From Macrostomum lignano (taxonomy: Eukaryota), in the NCBI GenBank assembly GCA_002269645.1, contig NIVC01002739.1, positions 42,372 to 106,371 of the forward strand: DNA of 64,000 nt, in the 5' to 3' direction. The translations under genes and the position numbers were made by a program. Within the stretch, counting starts at the first letter, position 1, and every line of letters begins with the position of its first letter. Positions 62,910 through 64,000 of the stretch are shown one piece after another. The notes beneath the pieces were generated by a model. That model saw only the letters and a program-made list of their open reading frames with translations, was not told where the DNA came from and did no database searches.

Positions 62910-64000
62910 ACGGCTACTAACAGTTACCATGGACGCGTTGAGTTGCTAAGGACACGACTATAATAGATAGCGTTCAATCTATTTATCTGTTATTATATGG
63001 CTAAGCGTATTTTTTATGTAACTATTATCTAAACGCTGTGCTCTTATTTATATTGGATGTTGTGAATAATTAATATATGCACGATACTTCAAATGCTTAT
63101 ATACGCTCGTACGTAATTAGCTAGGGTACCTATTAACTATGTGCGCTTAGTAGCCTCTCATTGTATTTAATAATTTGTATTTATAGCTTTGCCAAAACTT
63201 GTAATCAAATGCTCTTATTTACATTTGTTCTTTATGTAGCATTTTAGCAAAGCAAAAAACACACAAGGTGCAAAAACTCATACTATTTTTTTATTTTTTT
63301 ATTCAGCTCAATATCTCGCTGTCTGTCTCTCTCTCTTCCTAAGTCGGCATTTCTCTTTTCTATTATAAATCTAAACAAACGATTTGCTCATATTTTTGCT
63401 ATCAACTTTTTTACTGCCTTATATTTTATATTATTTTCTCTGCTAAAATAATACTATATGTAGCTCGGTAGGATGGCAATCTTTAATAAGTGTAAGTTTC
63501 TTAAAGTAGTGATGCATTGTTCCTTGTTAGGTATTGAATTATTTTATTTTTATTTTTAACCACCGTCATACTATTTATAATCCTTCAAAATTACTAATAC
63601 TGCTATTAGTAAGCCGTGCGTTGATTCCGTTTATATATATTAACTCATGTGGCAGCAGTTTATTATTTTTTAAATATAGCATCAAAATAATTTTGTTACT
63701 TATGTATCAACTATTCATTGTTTAAGCATTCAAATATAAGTTGCAACTATCTAAAACAAAATTATACTTTATTATTATTCAGCAGCTATATAGCTTATAA
63801 TCCATTATTACAATTTTTCATTATTACTTTAGTGAATAAAAACTCAATGTCTGTAATCGATGACGAGCTTATTTATTTCGATTGTTAATTATTATTGTTA
63901 GAATAGCGCGTTAAATAAGATGATTAACAAGTTTAAATGATATTTAAGCTAGCATTTGTAAGCGATAAATGAACACTTATTAGACATTAAAACTAATTTC

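Overview
Eukaryotic (metazoan) genomic DNA: GC-richer exons, AT-rich spacers and introns packed with private minisatellites. A free-living flatworm such as Macrostomum is inferred from style only, not proven. Reconstructed by hand: spliced genes BIN3 (+), LCLAT1 (-), Tectonic (-) and NPHP1 (+); two inverted copies of a divergent PNPO/PdxH-like exon with identical protein; tRNA-Glu(TTC); a ~1,480-aa K/T/P/A-rich repeat protein; a frameshifted 7TM receptor-like gene; an intact Buster-type hAT transposon; and relics or non-autonomous elements (Tc1/mariner, RTE, Helitron, Sola2-like, hAT MITEs, tRNA-SINEs). Most notable: (1) two ciliary transition-zone genes, Tectonic and NPHP1, lie head-to-head ~430 bp apart and are bracketed by the inverted PNPO-like copies; (2) Tectonic and probably the PNPO-like genes lack an obvious genomic ATG and start in phase 0 right after a splice acceptor, as expected if a spliced-leader AUG supplies the start; (3) the PNPO-like copies differ only at synonymous sites yet lack PLP-binding residues. 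The long ORFs in the track that lie over minisatellites are artefacts.
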